Shown piece after piece: positions 48,216-58,867 of a stretch of 64,000 bases of DNA. Both the position numbers and the translations under genes were made by a program. Each line of letters begins with the position of its first letter. The stretch's first letter is position 1. The notes beneath the pieces were generated by a model. It was not told the origin of the DNA and ran no database searches. It saw only the letters and a program-made list of their open reading frames with translations. This DNA comes from an uncultured Nitrososphaerota archaeon (GTDB lineage: Archaea; Thermoproteota; Nitrososphaeria; Nitrososphaerales; Gagatemarchaeaceae). Location of the stretch: positions 1,472,001 to 1,536,000 of the forward strand of contig CAVRAG010000008.1 in NCBI GenBank assembly GCA_963718895.1, in the 5' to 3' direction.

Positions 48216-48563
48216 TCAATCTTCCTTAATCATCGCTTGTAGCTCCGAAAGAACGAGCTCCATTGTCATCTCACCTGACACCTCCACTCGTCTGCCAAGA
48301 TGTTTGTGATGGGGGAACGAGTCGAGTTCTGGATGATGCGGCGCGTTGTCCCACCGGACCATCATCTTTCTTTGATGAAAGACGTGGAATGAATATCTTC
48401 GCGTCTTACCACCTCCGTGCTCCCAAAAGTCCAGGAGCCAACCGTTAACGAGTTCGGCTCTCACCTTCAACACATAGGCTTCGCCAGCGCTGTCAACCTT
48501 TGAACGAAGGATTCTCTTTGTGATCTTGGAGTCTTGTAGTGTGACGATGTCGCCGACCGGCAC
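48216..48563 (-). CDS. DUF6516-like putative toxin
   Basis: YSFH..RWDNAPHHPELDSFPHHKH. Confidence 0.8.
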   Translation of the reverse strand: MPVGDIVTLQDSKITKRILRSKVDSAGEAYVLKVRAELVNGWLLDFWEHGGGKTRRYSFHVFHQRKMMVRWDNAPHHPELDSFPHHKHLGRRVEVSGEMTMELVLSELQAMIKED

Positions 48564-48864
48564 TCACACCGAGCTCTTGGCGACCTTCTTCCACGCCTTC
48601 AGCATGTCTTCCGCTGCCTCCCATTCCATCCACGCATCTTCCTGGGTCGGTGAAGCCTTTCCTTTGATTTTGGTCCCGAGGTCCTCTAAGACTTCCATAC
48701 TTGGATCTGAACCTGTTTACCGTCCTTTCGTAGACTCTTACCTTCTGGAGGGCCATATTCTTGAGTATGTCCCGAACGAAGGCTTCCTCTGATGCATAGA
48801 TCCCAGCTTCCACCAGCGGCCTCGCTATGTGTTCCAACTCTTTGCTGAATTGCTGGGATGTCAT
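48564..48864 (-). pseudogene. Putative antitoxin partner of the DUF6516-like gene, frameshifted at ~48688
   Basis: LVEAGIYASEE..FRSKYGSL, then in the shifted frame EDAWMEWEAA..W. Confidence 0.65.
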
Positions 48865-48937
48865 TGCTTCGCGTTAACATTCGGCCGAGATATATCGCTT
48901 TCCAGCTTCAGAAGAGAGCTTTCGCCATGCATAGGGT

Positions 48938-49372
48938 TCATTGCGCCTCCGCCGGGGAATGCTTCGGTATGGGTATGTACACGGCTTCCCGTCCTAGGGC
49001 GTCCTTGATGGTCGAGCCGGTCGTGATGAGTATCGGTGCGGTGGCTTCTCTCGTGGCGAGGGCAAAGCAATCTGCGAGCGAAAGTTCTCTCTTCCTGACC
49101 TTCCAAACGGCCGCCTGTCTTGTGATCTGCTCGTCGGGCGCGACGACCTTAATCCTGGAGCTGCGAACCTGAAGATACCAGACCTCGGCCGTTTCGACCC
49201 CCTTCTTCTCGGCGGTCTTGCAGTAGAACTCGGCGAGGTTCACCTCGGAGACGAAGCCACGTGCCTTTCCTGAAAGGACCCTGTCAAAGTAGGGCTTCAC
49301 AGACGCCGCCCCGGCATAGTAAAGGGAAAGCACCCCCGCGTCCAGCGCGTAGCTACGCGCGCTCAGACTCAA
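48938..49372 (-). CDS. vapC: VapC PIN-domain toxin (copy 2 of 4012)
   Basis: Near-identical to 4012..4446; ITTG replaces ITTD. Confidence 0.88.
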   Translation of the reverse strand: MSLSARSYALDAGVLSLYYAGAASVKPYFDRVLSGKARGFVSEVNLAEFYCKTAEKKGVETAEVWYLQVRSSRIKVVAPDEQITRQAAVWKVRKRELSLADCFALATREATAPILITTGSTIKDALGREAVYIPIPKHSPAEAQ

Positions 49373-49586
49373 CTTCCTTTCTCCGGTCTCTCGATATCCC
49401 GAGGGCGACCTCCAGCATCTCGTCTCCTCCTGCCCCAAAGCTATCTTCCATCGAGCGGGAGGGCTCGAGAAGAATTCGTCCTCCCTCATCTCTGATTATC
49501 ACGGAGCGGCCGATCTTGAACTTCTTTCTGAGAGGCGCTGGGATGACTACCTGTCCCTTGGAAGACACGGGAACGACCTTTTCCAT
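49353..49586 (-). CDS. vapB: AbrB/MazE-type antitoxin (copy 2)
   Basis: Near-identical to 4427..4660. Confidence 0.88.
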   Translation of the reverse strand: MEKVVPVSSKGQVVIPAPLRKKFKIGRSVIIRDEGGRILLEPSRSMEDSFGAGGDEMLEVALGISRDRRKEVESERA

Positions 49587-49897
49587 GAAATCCGAGAAAG
49601 TAGCACTTGTTTAAGTGTCTTACTTCCGTAGAGTTTTACTTCTAGAGCGATTTACTTCCTGGGTTCGGTTCGAGAGGGTTCATCGTGCCTCCGCCGATTG
49701 CATCCACACATTGGGCTATAGTGAGTCGACCGGGACAGGGAGCGTTCACTAGCGAGTCGACCCTCCACGGTCCGCGATTCCGCGACTATAGCAGATTCAA
49801 GATAACAGCGAGAGGCGAGCCGAAGTTCGCATCTTTCTTCTTGAACCTGCGCGGCGAACAGATCGACGCGAGGACATGAAACCCTTAAGATAGAATC

Positions 49898-51014
49898 ATG
49901 ACAAGAAAGCCTGTGAAAGCGGCTGTTCTGAACAGGCCTGGAGCGCCGATGGTCATCGAGGAGCTGGCAAGTCCGGTGCCGAGAAGAGGTGAGGTCCTCG
50001 TGAAGGTCAAAGCCTGTGGGGTGTGTCACACCGACCTGCACGTGATGAAGGGCGAGGTGAAGTTTCCATGCCCCGCGGTTCTGGGCCATGAAATCTCCGG
50101 TGTCGTTGAGTCAGTCGGCGAGGGGGTCTACGGTCTGGCCTCTGGCGACAGGGTCCTATGTCCGTTCATAATGCCGTGCGGGGATTGCTTCTTCTGCAAT
50201 CGGGGTGACGATAATCTCTGCGAGCGGTTCTTCTCTCTCAACAGGCTGCAGGGCAGACTCTTTGACGGCGAGACGCGCCTGCACAGGCCGAACGGAGATC
50301 CCGTCTGGATGTACAGCATGGCTGGGTTGGCGGAGTACTCTGTGGTGCCCAGGACGGCCGTCTTCAAGCTTCCCGACGGCCTCCCCAGTGATGAATCCTG
50401 CATTCTGGGTTGCGCGGCGTTCACCTCCTACGGGGCGGTGAAGAACCAGGCCGGCGTCCAGCCCGGGGAGTCCGTGGCGGTCGTCGCCGTGGGCGGGGTG
50501 GGCATGAACGTCGTCCAGCTCTGCAGGTCTCTGGGGGCGAGGCAGATCGATCGCGGTTGACGTGAGAGAGGACAAGCTGGAGATGGCGATGAAGCTGGGA
50601 GCCACCGACGCGATCAATTCGTCGAAGAGCGACCCCGTAGTCGAAGCCAGACGCATCACAGGCGGTCGCGGGGTCGACGCAGTCTTCGAGGCCTTGGGAA
50701 GGCCCGAGACCATCCTTCAGGCAGTCGGCCTCGTCAGGGACGGGGGGAAGGTTGTCCTGATAGGCATCGCGCCGGCCGGTCAGACCGTGGCGCTTGAGAT
50801 AACCCCCCTTGTCCGACGGGGCATACGGATATTTGGATCGTACGGAGCGAAGACCCGGACGGACGTACCCATCCTTCTTGACCTGGCGAAGAACGGTGCA
50901 ATAGACGTGGGGCGGGTCGTCACGAAGAGGTACAGGTTGGAGGAGGTGAACAGCGCCTATCAAGCCCTCGGAAGAGGGGAGATAGTCGGAAGGGCGATCG
51001 TCGTGATGGACTGA
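49898..51014 (+). pseudogene. Zn-dependent alcohol dehydrogenase (MDR), frameshifted at ~50549
   Basis: CHTD, GHE, CGDCFFC..C, GGVG; the C-terminal half continues in ORF 50562..51014. Confidence 0.88.
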
Positions 51015-51196
51015 GACGGTGACGGCCGCCTGGGCTTCGCTGATAGTGTGCTTATGGAAGTGTAACATGCGCATGGTTCATCGTGCCTCCGCCGGGGCAT
51101 TTCAAACGGCTGAGCGCCGACGGAATTGGATTCCCAGATAGGTACGTTAGAACATCTCTGCGCTGGTCCTTTTTAGCGTGAATCACGTCGAAGGGT

Positions 51197-51589
51197 ATGT
51201 CCGGGTACAAGTTCCCAACCGTGGATGAGATGATCGAGGTCAACAGACGAGTGCTGGCAGAGATACCGGTCAAGAGGGCGGACAGGCATCAGGTCTTGTC
51301 TCGCATGAAGTTGCAGCTTATCCTTGATGATGCAAAGAAGACGAACGGGGACGTCTACAATCCCGCGACGGAGCTCCTGTTCGGAATCGTGAAAGGACAT
51401 CCTTTTGCAAGCGGCGTCAGGCGGACCGCGGTGACCGTCACCTCAGCGTTCCTGGAGTTGAACGGCGCCGGGACAGAGGTGCCACACGATCCTGATGTGC
51501 TAAAAGGGATCCGTGAGGGTTTTTATAGCAAGAGCGAGATCAAAGAATGGCTGAAGGGTCATGGCATCAGAAAGCTCCCAGGTGATTGA
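51197..51589 (+). CDS. Fic/Doc family protein with atypical motif (copy 2)
   Basis: Near-identical to 18521..18913. Confidence 0.8.
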   Translation: MSGYKFPTVDEMIEVNRRVLAEIPVKRADRHQVLSRMKLQLILDDAKKTNGDVYNPATELLFGIVKGHPFASGVRRTAVTVTSAFLELNGAGTEVPHDPDVLKGIREGFYSKSEIKEWLKGHGIRKLPGD

Positions 51590-51665
51590 TTCCGAGTTCC
51601 TTCGCTACTGTGAAGAGTATATAGCGAAGAACCGCGAGTTCCTTCAGCGCGTCGGCAGACTCTGA
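51561..51665 (+). CDS. 34-aa putative antitoxin (copy 2)
   Basis: MASESSQVIDSEFLRYCEEYIAKNREFLQRVGRL. Confidence 0.55.
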   Translation: MASESSQVIDSEFLRYCEEYIAKNREFLQRVGRL

Positions 51666-51748
51666 GCCCCGGTGTCTCGTTAGCGACGCGAGGGGAGGGA
51701 CTCTTCCTGAAGTATGGGGTTCATTGTGCCTCCGCTGGAGCATCAGAG

Positions 51749-52264
51749 TCAGGGGCTCAGTGTGAGAGATTCTCTGTTGTTGAACCACTGCATTGTAGGA
51801 GGCTCTATGTCATCCTGCCAGAGAAGCGCTATCATCTCCCCAAGGTGATAGAGCTGCTCGGTGAAGCTCTGGAAGAGGCACTCCTCGACCGTCATGTCGA
51901 AGACCACTCCCGATGAGAGCGTGAACTTGACCACGCGTGAAAGCTCGTTCGAGTCCAAACCACCAAGATAGGACCTGGTCTTGTCTTCGACGCCTGCCAA
52001 GAAGGATTCGACCGAGTCGAACCCTGCGAAATCGCTGAGAGGATGCTTCGTCCTTTCCATCGCCGGTCGGCCCGGGATGACGATGTTGACTATCCAGTAC
52101 TCGTTATCGATCATGTGGAGCAGGATGCCCATGAGGCTGTGGTAGCTCGCTTCCCTGTTTTTTGTAGCCTCATCCCAACCCAGCGAGGTTACCTTTGCGA
52201 GGAACTTCCTCCTCACGCGTGATGAGTATGCGTTGAGCGCTCGGATATCGATCAAGACAGCCAT
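51749..52264 (-). CDS. DinB family protein
   Basis: SLMGILLHMIDNEYW..YHLGEM..LLWQ. Confidence 0.75.
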   Translation of the reverse strand: MAVLIDIRALNAYSSRVRRKFLAKVTSLGWDEATKNREASYHSLMGILLHMIDNEYWIVNIVIPGRPAMERTKHPLSDFAGFDSVESFLAGVEDKTRSYLGGLDSNELSRVVKFTLSSGVVFDMTVEECLFQSFTEQLYHLGEMIALLWQDDIEPPTMQWFNNRESLTLSP

Positions 52265-52411
52265 GCGTGGCGGGAGGAAGAATAAAGCCTCGCGTGGGCG
52301 AGAGATTCTTGAGTGCGCTCTGTGCCTGCATGTGACGCGCCGTGCCAGGGTTCATTGCGCCTCCGCCGCGAACCCCATTCCAATGGTTTCCTGTCCGAAC
52401 GAGGTTTGAGT

Positions 52412-53577
52412 TCAGGTCTTCCCGAACCTCCTGAAGAGGAGAACGCCAATCGACAGGATTGCTAGGCTGGTTGCGGATACCATTGCGAGGTCTGTCATAA
52501 CGGCCTGGCTGGTCGCCGTCGCCCCTCTGGTGAAGAGAGACGTGAGTGCGTCGGTCACGTAGTAGGCGGGAACGAACCGGCCCGCAGCCTGCACGCCTGT
52601 CGAGAGGGCCGCGCCTACGAACGTGCCCAAGAAGAGCTGCGGCATCAGGAAGAGGAACGATATCCCTGTGGCCGCGCCTGCCGTCTTTGATATGGCGGCG
52701 GTAATCAGCCCGAAGCCGATGTTGCACATGGCGAAGATCGTCACGATGAGGAACCCCACGACCAAGCCGGAGAGGTCCGCCACGGGATGGTAGCCAAGCG
52801 CATAGACGCAGAGGAAGACGAGCAACGCCTGCACGAGGCCGATGACGAGGTACGAGAGCACCGATCCTGTAATCAAATCTGCGCCCGTGGCTGGAGTCAC
52901 GGCGATTCTGCTCAGGAGGCCGTTCTCCCTCTCCCCGGTGTACGACTGGGCGACCATCATTATCATGTAAATCGAGGCGAAGGCGAAGAGTCCCGGTGCG
53001 AATGTATCGAATATCGACGATCCCTGGACCTTGACCATTGATGGGCTCGCCACGTCGACGGGGACCGCGGGAGCGGCGGACATTGCGCCGAGGACGGCGC
53101 CGTTGAGGGTCTGATCGACAATGGAGGGGATTACCTCGGCCGAGAGTAGGGAACCCCTGTCGAGGTAGAGTGGGACGGTGCAGTTGACCCACCGGATTGG
53201 CGAGTCTGGATAGGCCCTGAACGAGCTCACGCTCGGGTCAAACTGCGGAGGAAGCAGAAGAACCCCCTGGACCTTACCCTGGCTCAGGGCCGACTGGGCG
53301 GTCTGGTTGTCCTGGTAGTAGTGGATCCTCGATCGCCCCCGTCGCGTCGAGGGCCTGGGCGAACTGATGTGAGGGGGTCGAGTTGCCACCGGTCCCGAGG
53401 TCGACGACTGCGAGGTTGTACGTCGACGACTGCGAGCCGCCGACGGCCCCGAATGAGGTCCCGAACGCTATGGTGAGTATCACCGGGAAGAGGATTATCA
53501 TGAAGAGGAACGCGGGTTCCCTGAACATCCTCCTCCATTCCTTCTTGGAGAGCGCCAAGGGCGCGACCCAGCTTCAT
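52412..53577 (-). pseudogene. ABC-2 type transporter permease, multiple frameshifts
   Basis: KEWRRMFREP..ILFPVIL in 53274..53558; GERENGLLSRI..PQLFLG in 52412..53389. Confidence 0.8.
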
Positions 53578-54342
53578 CTATGACCCCTCCCTGATTCTTC
53601 GTCCCGTGAGCTGGATGAAGACGTCCTCGAGGTCCCTTGCCCCTTTGCCCGACCTGAGCCCCGCCGGGGACCCGAGGGCGATGAGCTTCCCGTGGTCGAT
53701 GATCCCGACCCTGTCGCAAAGCTCCTCTGCCTCCTCCATGTAGTGCGTCGTGAGCAGAATTGTTCTTCCCTGGTCTCTCAGCTCGACAACGAAGTCCCAT
53801 ATCGCCCGGCGAGACTGCGGGTCCATCCCGATGGTGGGCTCGTCCAGCAAGACGATTCTGGGGTCATGGACGAGCGCCATGGCGATGCTCACTTTGCGCT
53901 TCATACCGCCGCTGTACTTGCTCACCCTCCTGTCGCCCTCGTCGAGTAGGCCGACCTTCTCCAGCATGCTGTCGACCCGGGTGTCCAACGTCTTCTTCGG
54001 GACAGAGCAGAGCTCGCCGAAGAGCTTCACGTTCTCCCTCCCGGTCAGGTACTGATAGACCGCGGTCTCCTGTGGGGAGACTCCGATTATGCTCCTTGCT
54101 TTGGCGCCGTCGGTCACGGCATCGAACCCGCCCACCCTGATCGACCCCGCGGTCGGCTTCATGAGGCCCGTGAGACAGTTGATGGTGGTCGTCTTTCCGG
54201 AGCCGTTGGGCCCCAGCAGCCCGAAGATTTCCGCTTCGTGGACCGAAATCGAAAGGTCATCGACGGCCGTGACTTCCCCAAACTCCTTCGTTAGGTTCTC
54301 GATTACCACCGCATTGGTCCCCTTTGTGGTTTCCCTCTGCAT
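53578..54342 (-). CDS. ABC transporter ATP-binding protein (DrrA-like)
   Basis: GPNGSGKT, YSGGMK, LLDEP, TTHYMEEA. Confidence 0.95.
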   Translation of the reverse strand: MQRETTKGTNAVVIENLTKEFGEVTAVDDLSISVHEAEIFGLLGPNGSGKTTTINCLTGLMKPTAGSIRVGGFDAVTDGAKARSIIGVSPQETAVYQYLTGRENVKLFGELCSVPKKTLDTRVDSMLEKVGLLDEGDRRVSKYSGGMKRKVSIAMALVHDPRIVLLDEPTIGMDPQSRRAIWDFVVELRDQGRTILLTTHYMEEAEELCDRVGIIDHGKLIALGSPAGLRSGKGARDLEDVFIQLTGRRIREGS

Positions 54343-54475
54343 GCCTTGGCCGCCGACCGCTCGGTTGTTATTTTGGCGTCAATGAGACGGGAGAAGAATC
54401 GGACAATGTGACTCGTATCGAAGGGCTGTTCTTCACCCTGACCGTTGACACTTTGGAACGCGCTGGATGATACGG

Positions 54476-55393
54476 TCAGCCGCTGGATACGGCCGCTCTT
54501 TCGACCCCGTCGAGACCAAGCCTGTCCACCGACGTGTCGAACATGTAGCCGATTTGAAGCACGTTGACCGTGGCAGACCCCACTCCCTTCGCCCTGACGA
54601 TTCCTTCCCTCAAGTCGTCCATCTGCCTCATCGAGTTCGTCCAGAGGAAGAGTATCAGCTCGTTGGGGAGGTTGCTGAACATCATTTCAACCAAGATGTT
54701 CTGCGAGAAGGTCTGTCTGAGTGTTGAAAGAACGTCCGACCTGCCGGCGCCACAGGCGACCTTGATGTGGCCGATGGAGATGATGTCGTTTGAGGCGTCT
54801 GGGTACCATTCCAAAGGGAACTCGAGGAGGCGATTCTCGATCATCCTCTCCAAGCGCCTGTGAACGGTCTTTGCAGAGGCTCTGACCTCAGCGGCCACGT
54901 CGCTGAGTGGCTTTCGCTGGATCCTCGTGGCGAAATGCAAGAATCTGGTAGTCCAGTGGATATAGTTGTGCGCTGGGAAGGGTACTGGTCGATTGAGATA
55001 GGATTCCCACAGTGGGTTCGCCTATCTCGCCTTCCTTCCTCACGAAGGAGACGTACGAGTCCAACTCAGAGAGGTCCCTGAGGTACCCTCCCACGTACAC
55101 GTAGCCCCCTCCCGAATTGGCGACCTAGTAGGTAGAGTCGTTGTTCTTGAGGCGCAGGTGAGCATCGCTCGGATGGTCTGCGTTAGACCTCCCGAACAAG
55201 AAAAACATCGTGACATTGAGGGAGCTCAAGCTCACTCGCGTAGAGAAGGTATGTATGACGCCCATGTGGACCAGTGCCTGACTCTCTTGTGAACCGCGTT
55301 TATGGACAGCGCAAGCCTGCTGGCCAGCTCATGGTACGGAGTACTCGAGTTTGACAACAAGAACAGGCAAAGCTTGATGTCGGTGCTGTCCAT
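54476..55393 (-). pseudogene. Tandem Lrp/AsnC-type HTH regulator, multiple frameshifts
   Basis: MDSTDIKLC..TPYHELASRL at 55393; second HTH RKPLSDVAAEVRASAKTVHRRLERM. Confidence 0.7.
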
Positions 55394-55652
55394 CTCGCCT
55401 CGGATGGCGGTGCGAATGCGCCTTGAGTAAAGGCTTTACGAGCGCCGTCAGGAGACGCCTGCCGACTCGTACCGTCGGACGGAATCCAGGGGTTCTTCGG
55501 GTGGGTTCATTGCGTCTCTCTTTCTTGCGAAGCTACCTACTGAGAAGGTCTGAGAAATAGACGCACTCTCGAAGTGTTCGGAGAGCACGCCCGAAGTGTT
55601 CGTGGACAACGTCATGGTCAACACCGCATAGATCATACCTGCGGAAGTTATC

Positions 55653-56156
55653 TCATAGCTCGCCGCGTTCTCGCAATCGGTCGTTAGGGCGATATCCCGT
55701 CCCGCCCGGAGCAAGAGAGGTGAAGGAGATGGTGCGGAAACATCCGTACGAATCGGTCACCGTGGTAGCTGGCGAGATCGGCGAGGGTGAGCACGGGGAG
55801 ACGGACGCATAGACCGGAGTCGTGCGCCCATCATAGACGGCGTAGTAGGCGGTCGAGTTGCCGATGTTCTTGAAGATCACATCGAACACGAGGTGGGAGC
55901 CGACCGTAGTGTTCACCAGCTTCGCCGAGACTATCTGCACTTGTCCGTCGGTCGAACTGGAAGCTCCGGAGGACGTGTTGTAGGAAGGACAATCACAGGC
56001 TGACGAACTGGAACGACCCGGGTTCGGGATCAGCGTGGATGTACGGCCTGAACTCGCCTGGATTGTGATAATCAAAGCCACGACAGAAGTGACAATGATT
56101 GCCGCCATCACACCTGCGACAGAAGCTCTCCCGATTGCTCGCCTCCTGGGGTTCAT
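55653..56156 (-). CDS. Membrane-anchored protein with class III-like signal peptide; 3' end probably frameshifted
   Basis: RRRA-IG followed by a hydrophobic stretch; S-rich linker; FKNIGNST. Confidence 0.6.
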   Translation of the reverse strand: MNPRRRAIGRASVAGVMAAIIVTSVVALIITIQASSGRTSTLIPNPGRSSSSACDCPSYNTSSGASSSTDGQVQIVSAKLVNTTVGSHLVFDVIFKNIGNSTAYYAVYDGRTTPVYASVSPCSPSPISPATTVTDSYGCFRTISFTSLAPGGTGYRPNDRLRERGEL

Positions 56157-56294
56157 TACAGCACTTCGATGATAGAAAAGGCGGGTTTTGTGATTAATAG
56201 TTATGTCCGATAGAGTTGGGATTCAGAATATTGTTCCTGCAGAGTTTGGTCGCCCTTGGAAGTTTTTCCATAAGGTCCAGGCTTTTCCTAATCT

Positions 56295-56373
56295 GAGATG
56301 CCGTAAGAAGGCAAGTGCCATGCACAGGGTTCATTGCGCCTCCGCCGGTCCATTTCATCCACACGATGGGCTA
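56295..56373 (+). repeat. Long-form boundary element
   Basis: GAGATGCCGTAAGAAGGCAAGTGCCATGCACAGGGTTCATTGCGCCTCCGCCGGTCCATTTCATCCACACGATGGGCTA. Confidence 0.92.
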
Positions 56374-56444
56374 CGGGCGACACGGGCGACGCACGCGAAC
56401 GAATCAGGCCAGCCAGACGTTCGAGTTCTTCCCTTCATGCCTGC

Positions 56445-56804
56445 TTAGGTCGCTTCAATTCGGATTTCTCTTTCCGTGACGACAATCAGCGCGTTGGGGT
56501 GCTTGGTGATGTCAACGCGAGCAAGGAGACGTTCGATGCACTCCTGGACTCAGTGGGCGTCGGAGGATGCGACCTAATGATGATGACCCCGAACGTCGTC
56601 TTGAGTTGGTGGTGCAGACGAATGAAGATCTTGGTCCAACGAGATAACCATCCTGCCTTCGCGGTGAGCGTATCTCGCGATTGCGACGTCGGTCGCGCCA
56701 GGGTGGAGCGCTTCGATCGTTCCTTTGGTGTCGTGACCCTGCCGCTTCAGCCAACTCCTGACGCTCGAGGGAACGTTCTCGTCTGTAAGGAATCGTAGAG
56801 TCAC
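56445..56804 (-). pseudogene. DUF5615 PIN-like toxin (copy 2) with +1/-1 indels
   Basis: Near-identical to 34345..34704 except for indels at ~56628 and ~56551. Confidence 0.8.
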
Positions 56805-57049
56805 TGTGCCTCAAGTTCTATGACTTCTTCGTCACGCAGCCTCTTTGAGGCGTATTCGAGAGCGGCCCGAATGTCCTCGACCGTTAGGTATGGGTACTCC
56901 TTCAGTATCCCCTCCTCGGTGATTCCTGAAGCCAGGAGTTCCACTATCAAGTAAACTGCTATTCTAGTCCCCTTGATTACGGGCTTTCCACCCAACACCC
57001 CCCTGTTCGTGCTGATTCTGCCAAGCCTGCTTCTCAATCTGGATTGCAA
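56801..57049 (-). CDS. DUF433 antitoxin (copy 2)
   Basis: One amino-acid difference from 34701..34949. Confidence 0.92.
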   Translation of the reverse strand: MQSRLRSRLGRISTNRGVLGGKPVIKGTRIAVYLIVELLASGITEEGILKEYPYLTVEDIRAALEYASKRLRDEEVIELEAQ

Positions 57050-57184
57050 GAAGGCTCGCTTCTATAAAAAGTAGGCCGACGACCTATTCAAGGATGAGCC
57101 ATGGTTAGGGTTCATCGTGCCTCGCCGGGGCATTTCATCCACGTCGGGCGATTGAGATACAAATGCTGATGAACAGTGCTCTTT

Positions 57185-57655
57185 TCAGCCGGGGTTGGCG
57201 CTGGCCCTTGACATCTTCCGGGTCTCACTCCCTTTGCCCGCGGAGATGTCGTCGATTGCTTCCACCCAAGGGACCCTCCTGAACGCTTGATCGTGCGTCG
57301 CTATCCTGACAACCCCAGAAGCCTGCATCGTCGCCAATATCACGCAGTCTCGACTTCCCAGCCCCGTGGACGCGTGCTCCAAGATCATCCCAAGTGCGGC
57401 ATCCGCAATCCGGTGGTCCAGATCAAAGATTCTGAGCGTTGCGAGGCTTTGAATCCTCTCCATCAGGTCTGAGAATTCTTGTTTCGGGAGCATCCTCAGA
57501 TAATGAGCCACCTCGAATAACGTGATGTAGTTTGTGATAATTCCCTCTTTGATCGCCTTCCGCATGGTCCTGAGAACGCGCTCGTGTTCCGGAAGCCTCG
57601 AGTCCAACCAGTAGATCCAGTAGTTCGAATCGACGTAGATCAAACTCGGGCCCAA
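57185..57655 (-). CDS. vapC: VapC PIN-domain toxin (copy 2 of 19835)
   Basis: Close paralog of 19835..20305. Confidence 0.9.
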   Translation of the reverse strand: MGPSLIYVDSNYWIYWLDSRLPEHERVLRTMRKAIKEGIITNYITLFEVAHYLRMLPKQEFSDLMERIQSLATLRIFDLDHRIADAALGMILEHASTGLGSRDCVILATMQASGVVRIATHDQAFRRVPWVEAIDDISAGKGSETRKMSRASANPG

Positions 57656-57888
57656 ATCTCCTTCAGCCGCAGCGGGTCGGTCGCCCTTGCCTTGCTCCCT
57701 CTCTTCAGGGTGCCTTCGGTTTGCTTGATGAAGGCTTCGGCGTCTAGGGTGGATTTCAACACGATGATGGAACCGCCTCTATCAGCGATGCTGACCCTGA
57801 CCTTGCTGCCTTCCGCCAGCCCGAGCTCTTTCCGTACCTCGTCAGGAATCACTACAGGGCCTTTTGAGTCAACGACGGTCTCCGTCAA
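57640..57888 (-). CDS. vapB: AbrB/MazE-type antitoxin (copy 2)
   Basis: Close paralog of 20290..20538. Confidence 0.88.
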   Translation of the reverse strand: MTETVVDSKGPVVIPDEVRKELGLAEGSKVRVSIADRGGSIIVLKSTLDAEAFIKQTEGTLKRGSKARATDPLRLKEIWARV

Positions 57889-57925
57889 CTGGTTCCCACT
57901 TTGATTCCCACTTTCACTACTTAAA

Positions 57926-57972
57926 GGTTCGTTGCGCCTCCGCCGGGGCATTTAATCCACACGTTGGGCTAT
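57926..57972 (+). repeat. Cassette-boundary repeat
   Basis: GGTTCGTTGCGCCTCCGCCGGGGCATTTAATCCACACGTTGGGCTA. Confidence 0.92.
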
Positions 57973-58102
57973 AGCAAAGTCGACCGGCTGAACACGTCGC
58001 CCGAAATGCTTCCCAGTGTGCACATCACCCTCTCCTTCCGGGAGGGTAGGTGTAGTCCGAAAGGGTTAAAACGGTCTGGGCACCCAAAACAGGTGAACCT
58101 AA

Positions 58103-58372
58103 ATGGGTGCCCAAGTCAAGGTCCTCCAGAAAGGAAAGGTTACGATTCCATCAGAGATGAGGGAAGCGCTCGGGGTGGATGAAGGGGATTACGTGACAAT
58201 GGAAATGGTAGATAGTCATCTTGTAATCTCTTCCCCTAGGACAATACCGAATCCCACGGAAGCAATAAGCAGGCTGGTATCAGATGTCGCAGTGAAGGAG
58301 CCCCTGGACAGTGAAGCAGCGAAGGCCGGGGCGGTCAGGATGAAGAGGAAGCTCCAGAGGGGCTCGAAGTGA
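58103..58372 (+). CDS. vapB: AbrB/MazE-type antitoxin
   Basis: KGKVTIPSEMREALGVDEGD. Confidence 0.88.
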   Translation: MGAQVKVLQKGKVTIPSEMREALGVDEGDYVTMEMVDSHLVISSPRTIPNPTEAISRLVSDVAVKEPLDSEAAKAGAVRMKRKLQRGSK

Positions 58373-58767
58373 AGTTCGTCGATTCTAACGTCTTCCTGTA
58401 CACCCTGATCGGGAGTCCAAAAGCCGACTACGAGACCTCGAGAAGCATACTCAAGAGGATTGAAAAAGGCGAGGAGGCCACGACTAGTTTGGCGGTCCTG
58501 CAAGAAGTGGTAGATTGGCTCGAGTACAACGGTAGAAAGAGGGAGGTCGAAGTCTTCCTTACGGCGGTCAACTCATACACAAGGATGCGAAAGGTGAGCA
58601 ACAGGTGGAGGGACTATCCGAGAGCCTCGGCCGAGGCCGGAAAAGCGGCCATTGACTTCGTGGACGCGTTGTCTCTTGCCGTAATGAGAAGAGAGGAGAT
58701 GAACGAGATCTACTCCAACGACAAGGACTTCGACAGGGTTGTGGGCATAAAGAGAGTGTTCGAATAG
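58369..58767 (+). CDS. vapC: VapC PIN-domain toxin
   Basis: FVDSNVFL, VLQEV, FVDAL, IYSNDKDFD. Confidence 0.92.
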   Translation: MKFVDSNVFLYTLIGSPKADYETSRSILKRIEKGEEATTSLAVLQEVVDWLEYNGRKREVEVFLTAVNSYTRMRKVSNRWRDYPRASAEAGKAAIDFVDALSLAVMRREEMNEIYSNDKDFDRVVGIKRVFE

Positions 58768-58772
58768 AGTTC

Positions 58773-58829
58773 GCCAGCTATAGGGTTCATTGCGCCTCCG
58801 CCGGGGCATTTCATCCACACGTTGGACTA
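58773..58829 (+). repeat. Cassette-boundary repeat (full length)
   Basis: GCCAGCTATAGGGTTCATTGCGCCTCCGCCGGGGCATTTCATCCACACGTTGGACTA. Confidence 0.93.
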
Positions 58830-58867
58830 CAGTAGCAGAGACTTATCTACGTGAGCCGTGCCCGCGA

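Noticed and set aside
58773-58829. Canonical integron attC site
   Set aside because: Only one R-box-like end, no complementary L boxes, and the duplicated cassettes break at the central core. Not fully excluded without a covariance-model search.
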